NCBI GenBank assembly: GCA_964542785.1
Contig: CAZIUK010000002.1
Location: forward strand, 155,416-219,415
Direction of reading: 5' to 3'
DNA length: 64,000 nt
Source of the DNA: an uncultured Planctomycetales bacterium
Lineage (GTDB): Bacteria > Omnitrophota > Gorgyraeia > Gygaellales > Profunditerraquicolaceae
The notes under the pieces are model-generated. The model was given only the letters and a program-made list of their open reading frames with translations, searched no databases and was not told where the DNA came from. Numbering within the stretch: position 1 is the stretch's first letter; the number at the start of each line of letters is the position of its first letter. This document shows positions 61,516 through 64,000 of this stretch, one piece after another. Made by a program: the position numbers and the translations under genes.

Positions 61516-61860
61516 ATGGTAAGAATGGTTAAGAATAAATTATTGGCAAGGGCTTTACCTTTAGCAGGTTTACTTAAATATCAGGGTAATTCAATTGTTA
61601 GCCAAGAGATTGTTAAGAAAAATACCGGGAATGTAACTTTATTTGCTTTTGATAAAGGCCAAGGGTTAAGTGAGCATACTGTATCTTTTGATGCCTTAGT
61701 TTATATTATAGATGGGCGCGCTGAGGTTAGAATTTCTCGCATAAGACATATTTTAAAAAAAGGAGAGATGATTATTATGCCTGCTAATAAACCGCATGCT
61801 CTAAAAGCGGTAGATAAATTTAAGATGCTTTTAATTATGATTAAAGGAAAAAATAGATAA
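61516..61860 (+). CDS. Cupin-domain protein
   Basis: The 114-aa ORF has the cupin_2 motifs G...HTV...YIIDG and MPANKPHAL. Confidence 0.5.
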   Translation: MVRMVKNKLLARALPLAGLLKYQGNSIVSQEIVKKNTGNVTLFAFDKGQGLSEHTVSFDALVYIIDGRAEVRISRIRHILKKGEMIIMPANKPHALKAVDKFKMLLIMIKGKNR

Positions 61861-61904
61861 TAAATATAATAATGCGTTCTTTAGCATATTTTAATCCATA
61901 GGGT

Positions 61905-63119
61905 ATGGGTATTTGGGAAAAAATATCCTTTCTTCTTTTCTTAAGTATATTTTCTGTTTTTAGTATATTTTTATATTCTGCAGAGTCATCACCTAGGCCG
62001 GTTGAAATAACTGAACAAGAAGGAATTCTCTTACCTTCCAAAATACAATTAACTAACTTTAATAAATATAAAGAAACTCTTCTGCAAAAGTATAGAACGG
62101 AGTTTAACATACTTTTTAATTATACCCAACAGGGTATTCTGCGTGCTTCTGAAAATAAAGGAAAGAATCGGAGAGTAGGGTACTTAAACTTTGAGGTTAA
62201 GCAGAAGTTATGGCAGGGAGGAGCATTATTTTTAGAATTTGAATCTGATAATGGAATGGGAGTAGATAAATTAATTACTACATACTCTCAATTTAATAAT
62301 AATTTTGGCGATAAGATACCTATATATATCCCGGAACTTTATTTAGAACAAAGCTTATTTTCAGATAAAGTATTGCTTGTCGTCGGTAAGCTTGGTTTAT
62401 CCGACTGGTTTGATGCTAATAATGCCGCAGAATCTGCTGATACACAATTTTTATCTAGCGCATTGGTTAATAACTTAGCCGTACCTTTTCCAGCAAAAGG
62501 ATTAGGCGCTTTAATTTCTTTTGTGCCTTATGATTGGGTTTATTTTCAGGCTGGGGCAGGGACTGCTCGGGCTATTTCTTCTAAAACAGGGTTAAGCGAC
62601 GGTTTTAATAGTACTTTATTTATAAATGAACTTGGTTTTTCTTTTAAGATAAAAGAGCTTGAAGGGAATTATCGGCTGATTTTTTATCTAGATCATGAAA
62701 AACTTGAACGCATAGATAGAAAAGGAGAGAGGAGGGATACTCTAGGGTATGCCTTAAGTTTTGATCAGGAGGTAACCAAGAGGATTGTTTTGTTTTTACG
62801 TTATGGCTACGCTGATGAGAAGATATGGGATATAAAGCGTTTTTGGTCATTTGGAGTAGAGGTTAAAGAGCCTATTCCGGGGCGTAAGGATGATTATTTT
62901 GCTGTTGGCGTGGCGCGCTCAATCATGGGGGATGACTTTCGCAGCATAAATGAAGATACTGCTGCAAGGTCAGAGACCATATATGAGATTTATTATAGTT
63001 ACAGCTTAAATAGTTTTATTGCTTTAACACCGAGTCTTCAAATAATAGCTCATCCTAATGCTGATAAGACTTCTAAATCTGCTTTAGTTTTAGGTTGTAG
63101 GTTTCTATTGAGTTTTTAA
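61905..63119 (+). CDS. Putative outer-membrane beta-barrel porin-like protein
   Basis: The 404-aa ORF has a signal peptide, an alternating amphipathic pattern and a C-terminal Phe. Carbohydrate-porin-like is only a guess. Confidence 0.4.
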   Translation: MGIWEKISFLLFLSIFSVFSIFLYSAESSPRPVEITEQEGILLPSKIQLTNFNKYKETLLQKYRTEFNILFNYTQQGILRASENKGKNRRVGYLNFEVKQKLWQGGALFLEFESDNGMGVDKLITTYSQFNNNFGDKIPIYIPELYLEQSLFSDKVLLVVGKLGLSDWFDANNAAESADTQFLSSALVNNLAVPFPAKGLGALISFVPYDWVYFQAGAGTARAISSKTGLSDGFNSTLFINELGFSFKIKELEGNYRLIFYLDHEKLERIDRKGERRDTLGYALSFDQEVTKRIVLFLRYGYADEKIWDIKRFWSFGVEVKEPIPGRKDDYFAVGVARSIMGDDFRSINEDTAARSETIYEIYYSYSLNSFIALTPSLQIIAHPNADKTSKSALVLGCRFLLSF

Positions 63120-63155
63120 AAATGGCGTTATATAATAATTTAAATTTAGGTTATC

Positions 63156-63236
63156 GCGCGGGTGGTGGAATGGCAGACACGCTACTTTGAGGGGGTAGTG
63201 GGGCAACCTGTGAGGGTTCAACTCCCTCCCCGCGCA
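63156..63236 (+). tRNA. tRNA-Leu (anticodon GAG)
   Basis: An 81-nt tRNA with a long variable arm: acceptor GCGCGGG/CCCGCGC, anticodon stem CTACT/GGTAG with loop TTGAGGG, T-arm GAGGG-TTCAACT-CCCTC. Confidence 0.8.
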
Positions 63237-63246
63237 AAATACTAAT

Positions 63247-64000
63247 CTATTTGCGGTGGTCTTTAACGTAGTTACTTCTTTCAAGGCTTTTAGCGTAAGC
63301 TTTTAATTCTGCCCCAATCTCTCCAATTTGTGCTACGTGGGTTATGGTGCGGTGTTCATTGGTTACTACTCCTATAGATATTGAAATAAGCGGAATTTTT
63401 TCCTCTTCTCCTTTACGGTTTTTAGCAAGGATAAAGCCGTTATTCCTATCCTTTTCATTGTAAAAAGAGGGGACGAGCTCTTCAAAGTTGGTAATTATCT
63501 TTTGGCATAAAAGATCTGTTTTATCAAGTGTTGTTACAGTAACAAAATCATCCCCTCCTATATGTCCGATAAAATCATCAGGATTTCCGAATTCTTTTAT
63601 TATTTTGATTAAAAGCCGGGCAGTCTCCCGGATTACTTCATCTCCATGCTCAAAACCGTATTTATCGTTATAAGATTTGAATTTATCTAAATCAAGGTAA
63701 CATACTGCAAATAGGGTTTTTGCTTCTAGTCTGCGGGAGAGCTCTTTTAATATAGAGACATTTCCTGGAAGGCGTGTTAGTGGGTTCGCCTCAAGGTCGC
63801 GTTCAGTATGTCTTAGGATCATGCGTATTCGCGCTAAAAGTTCTTTTGGTTCAAAAGGTTTAACTACATAATCATCCGCTCCGGCGTCAATTCCTCCAAC
63901 CTTATCATTGATATCTCCTTTTCCGGTAACCATTATTATCGGTAAGTGCCGTAATAAGATATCTTTTTTTATTCTTCTACACACTTCCCTTCCGTCAATC
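63247..64000 (-). CDS. Response regulator with GGDEF-type domain (degenerate GGDDF motif), N-terminus beyond window end
   Basis: The C-terminal half of a REC domain (IIMVTGKGD...DDYVVKPF) is followed by a diguanylate-cyclase-like domain ([13 protein letters not shown]). The ORF is open to the window edge. Confidence 0.75.
   Translation of the reverse strand, partial: IDGREVCRRIKKDILLRHLPIIMVTGKGDINDKVGGIDAGADDYVVKPFEPKELLARIRMILRHTERDLEANPLTRLPGNVSILKELSRRLEAKTLFAVCYLDLDKFKSYNDKYGFEHGDEVIRETARLLIKIIKEFGNPDDFIGHIGGDDFVTVTTLDKTDLLCQKIITNFEELVPSFYNEKDRNNGFILAKNRKGEEEKIPLISISIGVVTNEHRTITHVAQIGEIGAELKAYAKSLERSNYVKDHRK

Overview
The window is an AT-rich, origin-proximal chromosomal segment of a bacterium that uses the standard genetic code. 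All genes from 1 to 17824 are on the minus strand: carB and carA, a LOG-like protein, tRNA-Arg, an EndoQ-like nuclease, pyrC, pyrB, pyrR, rsmI, a GlmS-like SIS protein, tRNA-Glu, gyrA, a membrane protein, gyrB, a DciA-like DUF721 protein, dnaN and dnaA. From 18277 onward nearly all genes are on the plus strand: rpmH, yidD, yidC, a Jag_N-only protein, parA, parB, ndk, yicC, gmk, rpoZ, coaC, three tRNAs, thrS, infC, rpmI, rplT, trkA (two copies), trkH, pheS, pheT, rarA, an EF-G paralog, an IS256-family transposase, a MetV-like protein, iscU, MTHFS, rny, ymdB, a secreted TIM-barrel-like protein, xseA, xseB, dxs, a four-subunit 2-oxoacid:ferredoxin oxidoreductase, gltX, tRNA-Gln, an NhaP-type antiporter, a two-component system, a dual-REC protein, a DUF2179 protein, a Gre-like factor, mgtE, a P-II-like protein, a cupin, a porin-like protein, tRNA-Leu and a partial REC-GGDEF regulator. 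The strand switch at 17.8-18.3 kb has perfect and near-perfect DnaA boxes directly upstream of dnaA and fits oriC. Seven tRNAs were found by eye, and none encodes a 3' CCA. The most unusual feature is a single 1016-codon ORF (35987..39037) that fuses an N-terminal transmembrane helix and a roughly 300-aa K/E-rich coiled coil to a complete EF-G; a membrane-tethered translocase of this form is, to my knowledge, undescribed. Other notable points are an EndoQ-like PHP nuclease and a LOG-family protein translationally coupled inside the pyrimidine operon, a PyrR-type attenuator, an IS256-family insertion, a MetV-like/IscU/MTHFS cluster, and several housekeeping proteins shortened by one domain (GlmS, ThrS, PheT, CoaC, Jag). 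No CRISPR array was seen. Coordinates I derived by eye (tRNAs, DNA boxes, promoters) may be off by 1-2 nt.
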